This document shows, piece by piece, positions 1-12,706 of a DNA stretch of 39,397 nucleotides. The position numbers and the translations under genes were made by a program. The stretch spans positions 61,223,735-61,263,131 of the forward strand of contig NC_068989.1 in NCBI RefSeq assembly GCF_001194135.2, written 5' to 3'. The stretch is from Octopus bimaculoides. Its lineage: Eukaryota. The notes beneath the pieces were generated by a model, which was not told the DNA's origin, ran no database searches, and saw nothing but the letters and a program-made list of their open reading frames with translations. Position 1 is the first letter of the stretch; every line of letters starts with the position of its first letter.

Positions 1-1046
1 ATATATATATATATATACATATATAAAGTGGCTAATGATTTGGTGAGAAAGGCATCTAGCGCATGTGACGTTTCTTCAGTGTATTAAAAGCGATATTACT
101 AGGATGGACCGATAGCCTCGGGACTTAAAATGAACGGATGCTTTGGAACTTGATAGCATATTTAGGAGGTGGTTGAGCATGATTGATTGCGAAAAGGTAT
201 ATATGGCGACTATATACATCGGTCATCTAATGTGGGTACAAACGGACAGCAAATGTAGATATAATCTGCTCCAGTACTGATTTCATAACTATTATGTTTA
301 AAATACGTAGAAAATAGGTGTGCCACGAAGTTAGTAATCACACTGTAACTTTAACTAAATTAAAGATTTATAAATAATTAATGGGTAGTAAGAGAAAATT
401 ATTGACGTCACAGAAGCCAAGAATGTTTAAATCAAATACTTGTGAAATATTCGAAAATATAAAATAATAGAAATGTGAATAAATTGTGATTGAATATATG
501 TATACACTGATGAAAATTGTAATAGAGACTATCTTTAAAGCAGGTCATAATGATGTAGGTTACAATTGAGAATACTCGAGTAAATATTTAAATGAGACAT
601 TAATAATGTTCCTGCAACTATTTTTATAACAAATACTTTAGATTCTTGCAATTTACAGGTTCAACTCTTATATCATAAATTGTTCTGAGTATTACAATAT
701 CTAGAATATTCAATGTAATTTCAAATTAAATATCTGAATTTTTAATTAAATATCTAACTATATTGTAAATTAAAGTGTCCCTGATGAATTTGGACAATAA
801 CTCTGTTATAACTTTTTGTTCAGATTTTATTTTGATTCTGTATTTTGTATATTGATTTCCTTGTGCACATAGAACTTTTGTTCACATACTGTCAAAGTCA
901 GTGATGTAGAAATTTCAATTCAAACATTTGCATATTAATCAGAAGAGCAAAGTAGGAAATGTGTTTTTGTGTAACTGTATATGTATGGATATAAAGGTAT
1001 GTGTTTTTATAAACGCCTGCATATATCACGGTCTGTGCGTATGATT

Positions 1047-1077
<31 letters not shown>

Positions 1078-2277
1078 GCATATATACACATTCAGTAGTC
1101 ACAATAACGTGATTCCAATTCGATTAAAATGAAGATTACTTCCAGATCAAAAACTTTTGTGAGATAATTTGTTTCCATTATATTAAAAACTAAGGAATAA
1201 AATTTAAAGACTGAATTCCTCCATTTTAAATTTCTGTACAAATACTGAATATGTTTCTGGTACGATGTAGATTTTCCACCACAGCTTATGAAGGTTACTG
1301 ACAAGAGGACAATCTGAAAGACGAGCGGTGCCACGTTTGTAATAAATGTTATTTCTACATTCCTTTTAGATTTTCATATATTTGAGAAATATTCCAATAA
1401 AAAGCAATACATTTCCTCGATATACGATTGATTCCTATGGTGAATATTGCATCATAACCCTTCCCGACATCAATTCAGCCCAAAGGCTTTATATAGCAAT
1501 CACATTACCAAGCTAACGAGAAACATGAAAGGCTATATGGATCAGAGCAAAACGTTCTTTTGTTTAATTTGTTTATTCTGGCATTGATACATCTTTTGTA
1601 TTAGAATATCTCTAACATATACTAGGCAATTCCATTATTGTAGAAGCTAAATTAACACAAATCGGACTGTGTTTAATCGTGTAAAATTTCAACAGTGATA
1701 AATCATAAGAGATATAGATTATTGAACATTAAAACTGGGTGCGCAAATACTTTGTTCTTCAGACTTTATTGGAAAAGAAGGATATATAGATACATAGAGA
1801 CAGACAGACAGGCAGATAGACAAATAGACAGGAAGACAAACATACATACACACATATGCATATATATGCGTATAGATACATAACTCAGATTTATGTGTGT
1901 TCGTTCTTAAGTATTAATGCAGAAAATATATTTGGTAAGTTTAACCAGAAAATGAAGCTCTGTTCTATGAATATCGTACGTAATATATTCAGTTTAGTCT
2001 GAATGAACGGATATTCATAAATATATTCTAACATTGAATCAAATGCATGACTACCCATTTGATGATAGATGTTGTTCAGATGTTGGTGAACAGAAATTCA
2101 ATTCTATGATATTTGATTTCGCATATAGGCCTCTTCATTTATATTCACCGCTATTCTTGCTTCCCCAAATGACTAATGAGCACATTGAGTAATAGCGAAC
2201 ATATTATTTCACTCTGTTCCTTGGCATTATGAAACAACAGGTTGAAGACATGTATACATACATACATAAACTCACAT

Positions 2278-2280
<3 letters not shown>

Positions 2281-2330
<50 letters not shown>
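2281..2330. repeat. (CA)n microsatellite running into gap
   Basis: Perfect CA array read directly. Confidence 0.95.
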
Positions 2331-2821
2331 NNNNNNNNNNNNNNNNNNNNNNNNNNNNNNNNNNNNNNNNNNNNNNNNNNNNNNNNNNNNNNNNNNNNNN
2401 NNNNNNNNNNNNNNNNNNNNNNNNNNNNNNNNNNNNNNNNNNNNNNNNNNNNNNNNNNNNNNNNNNNNNNNNNNNNNNNNNNNNNNNNNNNNNNNNNNNN
2501 NNNNNNNNNNNNNNNNNNNNNNNNNNNNNNNNNNNNNNNNNNNNNNNNNNNNNNNNNNNNNNNNNNNNNNNNNNNNNNNNNNNNNNNNNNNNNNNNNNNN
2601 NNNNNNNNNNNNNNNNNNNNNNNNNNNNNNNNNNNNNNNNNNNNNNNNNNNNNNNNNNNNNNNNNNNNNNNNNNNNNNNNNNNNNNNNNNNNNNNNNNNN
2701 NNNNNNNNNNNNNNNNNNNNNNNNNNATATATATATATATAAACAAAACAAAAAATTGAAGAAGAACGTAACAGGCGACAAGACATTCGGAGAGTTAGAG
2801 GATACAAAAACGGACAGGGAA

Positions 2822-2937
2822 AAAAAGGGGTCAAATCTGAGGAACCTGAAGGCCAGTTGACATTGCCGTAGCAACTGCCACAGCAACTGCATTGTTTCTC
2901 TTGCCGTATGAGCAGTTGCCTCATCTTGATGGAACCA
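2822..2937 (-). mobile_element. Tc1/mariner transposase remnant, catalytic region (rosa/DD41D-like motifs)
   Basis: Minus strand reads WFHQDEATAHTARETMQLL, then after a frameshift GNVNWPSGSSDLTPFF. This matches the WFQQDGAxxHT...NWPxRSxDLTP motifs of Tc1/mariner transposases. Confidence 0.8.
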
Positions 2938-2956
2938 TGTGTGAGGTCTACTTTGG

Positions 2957-3052
2957 ATGACCTTCACGTTTCTCAGACTTAACTAACTAGGATTTGTTTC
3001 TTGTGAGGATACATGAAAGAGAGGTTTTACGTCAACAAACCGGAGACCTTAA
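2957..3052 (+). mobile_element. Second Tc1/mariner transposase remnant, opposite strand
   Basis: Plus strand reads PSRFSDLTN*DLFL, then after a frameshift *GYMKERFYVNKPETL. This is a decayed form of PxRSPDLTPxDFFLWGYxKxxVYxNKPxTL. Confidence 0.7.
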
Positions 3053-3252
3053 TGTGTGTGTGTATACCTCTTACTTGTTTGTGCGTGTTTGATTGTGTCT
3101 ATGTGTATCAAGTTGTGTGATCATGTACGTGCGTCTCAATATGTGTCACTGTGTGTATGTGGAGTGTTTGTCTATATATATGGTCATGAGTTTCCGTCTC
3201 GTTTTGTGCGTGTATGTATGCGTGTTTGTCTGTACGTACGTATTCCAAATAT

Positions 3253-3605
3253 ACCTACTTACCAACCTACCTACCTGCCTGCCTACCTGCCTGCCTACCT
3301 ACCTTCCTACCTACCTAACTACCTACCTACACACCTACCTACCTACCAACCTACCTACCTACCTACCTACCTACCTACCTACCTACCTACCTACCCAGCT
3401 GCCTGTCTGCCTACCTACCTACCTGCCTACCTACCTACCTACCTACCAACCTACCTACCTACCTACCTACCTACCTACCTACCTACCTACCTACCCAGCT
3501 GCCTGTCTGCCTACCTACCGACCTGCCTACCTACCTACCTACCTACCTACCTACCAACCTACCTACCAACCTACCTACCTACCTACCTACCTACCTACCT
3601 ACCTA
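3253..3605. repeat. (CCTA)n tetranucleotide array with variant units
   Basis: Read directly. It generates the PTYL-repeat pseudo-ORFs. Confidence 0.95.
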
Positions 3606-5205
3606 TGCATCCTATGTAGCCAAAATATCTAATTATCTACCCATCCATTTACCCACTTAGATGCCTATTATCAAATGTACCAATGTATGTGTATTCTGTA
3701 GGTTTGGGGTATATCTTCCTTCTACGTGTATTCCTTATTTAGAATCGCAAACACGAAAAATATTTCATTCGGTATTTGCGCGCATTCTTCTTCAATAACC
3801 CCTAAACTGTCTTTGCAGCTTGGTTGCATTTTCAAGTTTCTAATAGCACTTTAAGATATGTTGTCTTTGTTTAAATCGTAATCTAGATTCGTCCCTTATA
3901 TATAATAGCTCAAGTTTAAAAAGGACTGAGCAACGTTAGTAAATTATGTATGCAATTTGGAGGAAACTCTATTATTTATAATGCGTAATGTGTACAGACT
4001 ACCCCTCCTCTAATCAATAACTACCATGAGAGTGCACCGAGTAAGTTCCACTCTGCGGCACAAGTCCGATCAAAGTTGTTTGAAGAAGAGTAGTAGTCGC
4101 TCTTGTATACCATTTTCCCACTCAGCAACTCATTTCTACAGCTGTGGGAATTGGATCACCGTGAAATACAATGTCTTGCTCTCCATCAAATCTTATTTCC
4201 TTCTATTTCGACCTTCATATTCACAAAGAAGCGGTTATTTTCCTCCTTATTCATTCCTTGATAGTCACTCTATTTCTCAGTCATTCACATTTTACAATTT
4301 TGTTATACGTCAATTAATTGTAAATTTTGCTTCGTGACCCACTTCGAAACTGTACATGCAATTACACCTCATATTACATAGTGTGGGTTTCTGGATGGTA
4401 AATTGTCCGTACATTATAGAGATTTTAATTTCTATATCTGGAAAATATTGACGTTAAGATTAATTTTCAAAATTTAAATTTTTACCAGTTAAACACTGCG
4501 TAAGAGGATGGAAGATTACTGATATTCGAAATTCATTGGCAATAGACTTCAAATGATATGTACATCTTTACATTATTAAACCATTTTGAAACATTATTTA
4601 TTGATAACTGAACGCCAGTGAGCTCTACCTCTCACAGCTATGAAAACTTTGTACATAGCATTTATTATAGACATTTAGAGCAGCAGAACACTGTGCCCTG
4701 GAAGTTCTATAAAAACTGTATAATTAGCCATATAACCTATGCTTGTTATGTCTTATGTAAACATTTCATACATCAAAATAGCAGCAATCTGCAAATATTT
4801 ATACTTCAATTAGACCCCAAACACTTATTTTGTATATTTAATAGAGAAAAAAAGAAAACCATTTCTAAATCTTAGCTTCACGTTGAACAGGGTAACTAAT
4901 ATAATAGTATAACTCATTCATTCATAACGCACCACACGGCCGTTTTCAATGACTTCAAATACTAATGCATAAATTTGTTAGCAATATCCTATTTCAAACA
5001 CGCTGTGAAAATAAGCGTGTTGTATTTTCCTTAGCTAGAAAACACGGAATACAATATATGTATGTATACATAAATGCATAAGTTCATATGTACGGATGTA
5101 TGTGCGTGCTCATATGTATGTATTTAAATGAATAACAATATGTATGCACATATATCTGTATGCATATGTGCATGCATATGTACATGTGCGTGACAGTGTT
5201 TATAA

Positions 5206-5246
<41 letters not shown>

Positions 5247-5734
5247 CGTTGTCCTGTTACGTTTTTAATACTCTTAAAATATTTACTCAGTAAGATAACA
5301 TCGTGACATGATAATGGATTACTGCATCAATAAGTACAATGAACAATGACCCAAGGGAAAACATCATAAACATTATGCTGACAGTTCTTGTGGATTGTAA
5401 TACGAAGCTTATCGCTGTGACAAAAGAACAATGGGATATTTTCTAATCGAAGTCAGGAAGATTAAAGGATGAAAACCAATCAACAGATGTCTGAGGGAAT
5501 TCATGTTATAACTAGGCTCTGTGTTGCAAGGTAGTTGAAAAAGATTCTGTATTAAATTCAAGGTCTTGCAAAGTGATTGGATTAACTTCGTTGACTATAG
5601 AGGCTAAGGGACAATGTTGAGCATACAGATATGCAAGTCAAACGCAACGATGGGATCAATTGTATTCTGTGAATTGTGTGTTTTCTACATCTCCAATTAC
5701 GATTCCTATAGTTCTCCATTTCCTGAATGCAGCT

Positions 5735-5737
<3 letters not shown>

Positions 5738-5766
<29 letters not shown>

Positions 5767-5856
5767 TGTATGTATGTATGTATGTATGTATGTATGCATG
5801 TATGTATGTATGCATGTATGTATGCATGTATGTATGCGTGTATGTATGTATGTATG
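5738..5856. repeat. (TATG)n microsatellite running into gap
   Basis: Read directly. Confidence 0.95.
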
Positions 5857-6271
5857 NNNNNNNNNNNNNNNNNNNNNNNNNNNNNNNNNNNNNNNNNNNN
5901 NNNNNNNNNNNNNNNNNNNNNNNNNNNNNNNNNNNNNNNNNNNNNNNNNNNNNNNNNNNNNNNNNNNNNNNNNNNNNNNNNNNNNNNNNNNNNNNNNNNN
6001 NNNNNNNNNNNNNNNNNNNNNNNNNNNNNNNNNNNNNNNNNNNNNNNNNNNNNNNNNNNNNNNNNNNNNNNNNNNNNNNNNNNNNNNNNNNNNNNNNNNN
6101 NNNNNNNNNNNNNNNNNNNNNNNNNNNNNNNNNNNNNNNNNNNNNNNNNNNNNNNNNNNNNNNNNNNNNNNNNNNNNNNNNNNNNNNNNNNNNNNNNNNN
6201 NNNNNNNNNNNNNNNNNNNNNNNNNNNNNNNNNNNNNNNNNNNNNNNNNNNNNNNNNNTATATATACATAC

Positions 6272-7120
6272 ATATATATCAATACACACACGTAAAGAAT
6301 ATATACAAAATAGTAGTATATATATGTGTGTACGCGAAAGATACATATATACGCAAATACATACGTTCATATTAAGAGCGTGTGCCTGCGCTTGTATTAC
6401 AGAAATAATAAAAAAATTTTCTATATATGCATAATGATTATGAATTGATATTTGATTAATACTTGGGATGAAATTGTTCTCATGTAAACACATGACCAAA
6501 TTCCTATTTATCAATCTCAATTCCTCACTCCCCGCTTGCATAGATTAGTTTTCAAATATTTCTATATATTATCTTTTTCTATGGAATACGATTACTAATC
6601 ATATCCAGTTTACATAACTATATCTTACACCATCTTGGTATTTTTTATTTAACATTTCCTCCAAACAGTTACTTGTCCCACCATATATTGGGCTAACATT
6701 TTATTTCTCCCCACAACCTCCTTTAATCTCTCAATATGTCTGTTTTTTAAATTATATCTTTTCTTAGTATATAATATACCTATAATGTTTTGTATTTTAT
6801 TTTATTTGCATAATGTGTCAATTTAATTCCCCTCAATATACCCATTCTAAGTATTACTGGTTTCTGTTACTTGTCACTATACCTGATAATTAAATACATT
6901 TTCCTGCTGATATACGTAAGCATGTATGCACATTTAGTACTTCTTGGTGTCCTACATGTCTACAACCATGTGTGCATATCTACGTATGTGTCCTATATGC
7001 CATCTTACATGTATCTTTTAATATGAACGTGTGATTCTGTGTATATATGTAAGTTTCGCCTACACACACACACATATATATATATACTATTTTGTATATA
7101 TGTTTTATATATGTGTGTAT

Positions 7121-7130
<10 letters not shown>
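6272..7130. repeat. Long inverted repeat: arms 6272-6375 and 7018-7130, spacer about 640 bp
   Basis: Collinear exact blocks between the left arm and the reverse complement of the right arm: atatatatcaatacacaca, atatatacaaaatagta, gcgaaa, tacatatatac, acgttcatattaa. Confidence 0.85.
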
Positions 7131-7197
<67 letters not shown>

Positions 7198-8040
7198 ATA
7201 TAGAAGCATATATATGTACGTTACATCGATGTATGTGTGTGTGTGTGTGTGCGCGCGCGTGCGTGTGTATGGAATTGGAATTACGTATATACTAGAATCT
7301 GCCCGTGTGTGGGCGTGCTTTTGGATATTTACGAATATGTATGTCTGCATCCTTATCTGTGCGTGCAAGTATGAGCATATTTTGATAAACAAAGTTCAAT
7401 ATTTAAGAAAGAAAATAACTATACTCCTACAGTTTGAATCTAACCCATGTATTTCACTTTCGAGAATTCATTCCATTTTCAAGACTACGCATAATTGAAT
7501 AGAGCGTTGCTTTCTTTCATTCGCTTTCATAGATTAGAGCCGTCTACTACCTAAATCTATTACTCACTCATGAATTATCAGTCAACTCGTCTCCGAACAA
7601 TTAAAGCTTAAGTCACATATGGCTCTCAGGAATTCAATTGCTTAAAATATTTTGTGCATCCTTCGTTTTCTCTATAATAATTGCTATCAGCTGTGATTTC
7701 ATATGCAGCAAAAGCTCTAGGGTCTCATACTATCCTGCTGAAAGTCAAGGAAATAAATGATCTGGCACATATCTAGTGTAAATCCATATTTGTATTTCGA
7801 AACAATATGTATGTATTCGTATCCTATTTTATGTTGCGTCTTATTTGTGAGGAAAAGACATTGACGCTGTGCTGCGTTTTTATAATTGCGATAACTTAAA
7901 ATGATAAGAAATGGTATTTCATTTGAGTTCACCGAATAAGTGAATAAACGTAAATTAAAGGGGAATCCCGTAGAAATATCACCCTGGCAACGAAATGTAC
8001 TTCTGCCAAATTCTCATAGAAGAGAATGAGTGGGTGAGAG

Positions 8041-8044
<4 letters not shown>

Positions 8045-8102
<58 letters not shown>
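8045..8102. repeat. (GA)n microsatellite running into gap
   Basis: Read directly. Confidence 0.95.
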
Positions 8103-8728
8103 NNNNNNNNNNNNNNNNNNNNNNNNNNNNNNNNNNNNNNNNNNNNNNNNNNNNNNNNNNNNNNNNNNNNNNNNNNNNNNNNNNNNNNNNNNNNNNNNNN
8201 NNNNNNNNNNNNNNNNNNNNNNNNNNNNNNNNNNNNNNNNNNNNNNNNNNNNNNNNNNNNNNNNNNNNNNNNNNNNNNNNNNNNNNNNNNNNNNNNNNNN
8301 NNNNNNNNNNNNNNNNNNNNNNNNNNNNNNNNNNNNNNNNNNNNNNNNNNNNNNNNNNNNNNNNNNNNNNNNNNNNNNNNNNNNNNNNNNNNNNNNNNNN
8401 NNNNNNNNNNNNNNNNNNNNNNNNNNNNNNNNNNNNNNNNNNNNNNNNNNNNNNNNNNNNNNNNNNNNNNNNNNNNNNNNNNNNNNNNNNNNNNNNNNNN
8501 NNNNNNNNNNNNNNNNNNNNNNNNNNNNNNNNNNNNNNNNNNNNNNNNNNNNNNNNNNNNNNNNNNNNNNNNNNNNNNNNNNNNNNNNNNNNNNNNNNNN
8601 NNNNNNNNNNNNNNNNNNNNNNNNNNNNNNNNNNNNNNNNNNNNNNNNNNNNNNNNNNNNNNNNNNNNNNNNNNNNNNNNNNNNNNNNNNNNNNNNNNNN
8701 NNNNGTATTTTCTGTGAAAAAAAAAAAA

Positions 8729-8822
8729 AAGTTCTAGACTCGAGTCGTTGGACTAAAATTCTTCAAGGCAGTGCCCTTGCATGTTCGTAGTGAAATGACT
8801 AAAATGATTACAGGATAAAAAA
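8729..8822 (+). mobile_element. 3' tail fragment of SINE (family of 27503-27900)
   Basis: gactaaaattcttcaaggcagtgcccttgcatgttcgtagtgaaatgactaaaa resembles gactaaaagccagtgctcctgcatggccgcagtcaagtgactgaaa at the end of the 27503 copy. Confidence 0.55.
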
Positions 8823-9310
8823 TAAAATATTATGAAATGTTTTATTCAAAGTTTTATGCGCAAGTGACATATAACGATTTCGCGTTTCTGTAATGCAGTG
8901 TTGCTCAGATCGGCATTAGCTCAATCTAAAATCCTGACTTATACGCCTGCATCTATAACTTACAAGCTGTAAAACGATCAAAGGACAAACTACTTGATCC
9001 CTAGAAAGTGAAAAGCATCAGTCAATGTTATGGAAACAAATTTTGAAAGAATTAAACAAACATTGAATTCTTAATTCAGTATTTATGTTATATGGTTATT
9101 ACATTTTATGGTAATTAGTTTTCTTAATTACTTACTTTTGATATGTTTCTTTGTTTTGTTCTGGCGAGTATTCCTGGATGATTTCCAATGTTGTCTCGAA
9201 CGAAAGTATACCTCATTTGATTCCTAACGGGAATTTTCCATCATCAAATATATTATAAGTTCTCAAAATGTTATCACAAAAACAGTTTGCAACATCCAGC
9301 AAATTCTAAA

Positions 9311-9520
9311 GTGATGAGCAGGCAGAATTGTTAACACACCGAGTAAAATACTTAGCAGCATTTCATCCATCTTTACGTCCTGAGTTCAAACCCCACTGAG
9401 GTCACACTTTGCTTTTCATCCTTTCCGTGTCGGAAAAATAAGTACCAGTTAAGCACTGGGGTCGATGAAATCATGTTAATCTCTCCCACAAACTTTCTGG
9501 CCTTGCGATAACATTGTAAA
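9311..9520 (+). mobile_element. tRNA-derived SINE, family A, near full length
   Basis: A-box-like ggcagaattgttaa, B-box gagttcaaaccc (9382), core ctttcatcc...aaaataagtaccagtt..gcactggggtcgatg. Homologous copies at 9536, 14823, 38231 and 38455. Confidence 0.85.
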
Positions 9521-9535
9521 TTATTTAAAGTCGAC

Positions 9536-9715
9536 TACCAGGTAGAATCATTAGCACGACGGGCAAAATGATTTGCGATATTTTGTCCCTCTTGGCAAGT
9601 TAAAAATACGTCGCGGTCGATTTTACCTTTCATCATTTCAGGCTCCGTAAAATAAGAACCAATAGAGTATTGAAGTCGATATAAGTTGCTGGTCAAGTGG
9701 CAAAATTTGAAACTA
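9536..9715 (+). mobile_element. tRNA-derived SINE, family A, diverged tandem copy
   Basis: ggtagaatcattagcacgacgggcaaaatg...ggtcgattttacctttcatc...aaaataagaacca...gtcgat is collinear with the 9311 copy. Confidence 0.75.
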
Positions 9716-10172
9716 ACAATTAAAGGTTTCTGTTTAACAAACCTTATTAGATGCCCATAATGCTCTCGTATATTTTTGTCATTTTATACAAGAGGTATCA
9801 ATCAGCATGAATAGCAGTGCCTGCCTTTTATGGAATCATTCTTATCGCGTTTCCGGTCTGATGAGTAATTCAACCCATCATTGCATCACTCACCGATATC
9901 TCCAAAGCGAAATTAAAATCTCCCCTTCTTCCTCTGATTAAGCCCTTGACAAAACAGTCAGTAAATGACAGCGACTTCTCACCTCAGTACCTTCTCTATG
10001 GAATAAATAGCTAAAGAAATGAATTGTGCAGAACGTTCTCAGCTATGCTTCACATATAGCATTCGATTTCTTGAATCATTTACAAAAATCTAAAAAATGT
10101 TATACATTCCAAATCGGCTGTTTGTAAGAGAGTTGAGATTCTTGTCTCATAACCTTTTGTGTCAACACAGAT

Positions 10173-10256
10173 TAATTTTAATTAGGCAAGATCTCATATA
10201 TAATTTTGATTAGGCAAGATCACATATATAATTTTAATTAGGTAAGATCTAATATA
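10173..10256. repeat. 28-bp minisatellite x3 (taattttaattaggcaagatctcatata)
   Basis: Units at 10173, 10201 and 10229 differ by about 2 substitutions each. Confidence 0.9.
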
Positions 10257-10544
10257 TAAATTAGAGTACGCTCTTGAATGAATGAACAAAGCTATAGAAT
10301 CTTATCTTCTATAAAAACTTGACGGGTGAAACTTTCTATGTAAATGGTAAATTAGCCAGACACAGTGTGAGATTTAGTAAAGCTTAGTAAAGTTCCCAGG
10401 GGCAGAGACAAGTGGCGAAAGATTTACAACTTTAATTTGTAGACACCCCCTTATGAAATAAGAAAAAACTATTTAGAAGTAAAGAAACAGAAGTGAAGAA
10501 AAGGAAAAAAAAAATCAGTGCAGAAGATAACGACATACAAGACA

Positions 10545-10652
10545 AAGAAGAAGAAGGAGGAAGAGGTAGAAGTGACGACGATAACCATGACGACGATGAT
10601 GATGATGACGACGACAATGATGAAGACGATAATGATGATGATGATGAAGATA
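10545..10652. repeat. Degenerate (GAY)n / (GAA)n trinucleotide tract
   Basis: Read directly. Confidence 0.8.
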
Positions 10653-12111
10653 AGAGTACGATTTACCTATAAACAAAGACGAGACTGAAATTTTAGTGTA
10701 ATTTGAGAATTAAATTTAGTATTGATGATGGGTTTTTGGTGTATTTTTTCTTCCTGTTCCCTTATGATAATGTCTGAGGTATATTTCGAATATGATTTAA
10801 TAGTTTACTGATTGTGAATTCTGTTCTAGATAACATAAGTTGAAGTAGTTTCGAGAAATTATACCCCCATCTTTCATTCATGGAAAACGTCAGTTATTGT
10901 CTCCAAGAGGAAAAAAAAATTGAAATAGTTGAACCTTGTACAGGATGTTGTATTTACTTCACTCGTCTGTCATTAATGGTTCAATCACAAAAAAGTCCTG
11001 TCTTGGTTTTGTCACAATCCAAGTGTACAGTTATTGTAAATATTAGGGTTGCTCTCGATTTTATTAATTACACTAATATCGCCTTTTGTTGATATGCCTC
11101 GCCTTTCTCGAAGTAATACATTCCTTATCCTACATTAGTAGGCATATATTTATTATAATAAAGTAGGCTTTTATCAATCTGAATTAACGTAAAAATGTGT
11201 TTAACATAGGTTTCTTTAATAAAGTTCCAATCACGGTATTTTATATCTGTTAATATTGATTTCATACAATCAGCAATGACTTATGAGACAGTAATGGGGA
11301 CTATGCACGCAAATCCAGCGTTCATTGCTTGGCGAAAACAAAACTACTGAAATTAACTTTTCAACTGAATGCCTATTTCATTTCCACTAATGGCTGTTTT
11401 ACATGAATAGAAATAATTAGAATTTTGAATAAAATGTAAAAATCTGATAGCTTGCTTTTATTGTAACGGAATAGCTTAGCAGTATTGGTGAGGACTAAAA
11501 ATTGATATTTCTAAATATAACACTATTTTACTCGAGGCTCACATTAAAGTAATTAAAAATATCTTTGATGGGTTACGTTAAGAAGCGACAAGTATAGCTT
11601 CTAATCTAAATACTGCTATTGAATCAAAATGGTTTCGTCTCAAGGTTGGCAAACAATTTACAGTGGATTGTCTCTGTTATTTAATTACTCCAAGAAAACG
11701 TATTTCGTTGCCAAGGAAGCTGAAAAATTATAAGGTTTCCTATATTCCAGATGATAATTATAAGACGCGTAATACTTTTTTTTCATAATCCAAGAAAATG
11801 TATTCTTATGCGCACCCACGCACATACGATCGCGTTCAGACATATTACATAATGTAATATGAATAGTAATGTATCTGTTGTAGTCAATGTGGTTTAAAGA
11901 GATAATTTTTGCTAAATGTTTTACCATTTCGATTAGCCAATTTGCGGTTAGAGTTTTAAAAATTATTTATTTTGTGTGCGTATTATGAATTGCGCTCAGC
12001 ATTTGTTTTATGACAGTGTTTAATAGCACAACATAGACACACACATATCAATAGGTCGATAAGTAGGCAATGAGAGAAAGACAAACGTTGAGAGAGAGAG
12101 AGGGGGGACAA

Positions 12112-12196
12112 ACAGACAGACAGATAGGTAGATATATAGATAGGTAAATAGATAGATAGATAGATAGATAGATACATACATACATACATACATACA

Positions 12197-12226
<30 letters not shown>
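12112..12226. repeat. Compound (GACA)/(GATA)/(CATA)n microsatellite
   Basis: Read directly. Confidence 0.9.
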
Positions 12227-12230
<4 letters not shown>

Positions 12231-12594
12231 GAAAATAGAGTTTTTAGCCGAACTAATGAAAATGTAAGCCAGACATATCTGCTTTACGAGTATATTTATG
12301 AGGTGAGAGCTAGTAATTCACTTCACTGTTATTCTGAGTTACAAATCTGATATAGTTTCAATCATTCATGTAGCTATGTGGTCGAGGAAGCGTGGTGTGC
12401 AAAAGCTCTGATTTCTTAGATTCTTATTTCATATGGTGGATTACGAGATTGAAATCGCTCTAGTCAGAAAGCAATTATTAAAATTGGAACTTGCACTATT
12501 CTCATTGGCAAAGGGCCTTCAGCAATTTCGTCTTATCCTATGTCTCCGAAATTGCGTCACTAAACATGTATTAACCAGCTTTTATGAATTTTAG

Positions 12595-12706
12595 AAGAAG
12601 AAACTGCCTCTGATAAAAATTCTTTAATAATAGAAAATAAGTTTGTGATCGACAGAACCGATAGGTGTCGAGACATTTATAGATTCGAAGAAATCACTTT
12701 AAAAAG
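12595..12706 (+). CDS. Candidate internal exon of unknown gene (EEETASDKNSLIIENKFVIDRTDRCRDIYRFEEITLKR)
   Basis: Acceptor cttttatgaattttAG, 112 nt open in phase 1 to 2, donor AAG/GTGAGG. No homology recognised. Confidence 0.3.

Noticed and set aside
403-410. Perfect CRE octamer TGACGTCA
   Set aside because: A single 8-mer in 39 kb is compatible with chance and has no supporting context.
1092-1334. Signal-peptide-like ORF MAPLVFQIVLLSVTFISC on the minus strand
   Set aside because: It starts at GTG, not ATG, and has no convincing splice sites or recognisable mature domain.
9311-9400. tRNA-like A and B boxes
   Set aside because: These are SINE heads with no cloverleaf, so they are not called as tRNA genes.
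9846-9915. CTGATGAG...GCGAAA hammerhead-like words
   Set aside because: Stems II and III cannot be formed.
10184-10192. AGGCAAGAT, matching the 5' end of miR-31
   Set aside because: Only 9 nt match, it lies inside a tandem repeat, and there is no precursor hairpin. No conserved miRNA was recognised elsewhere by eye.
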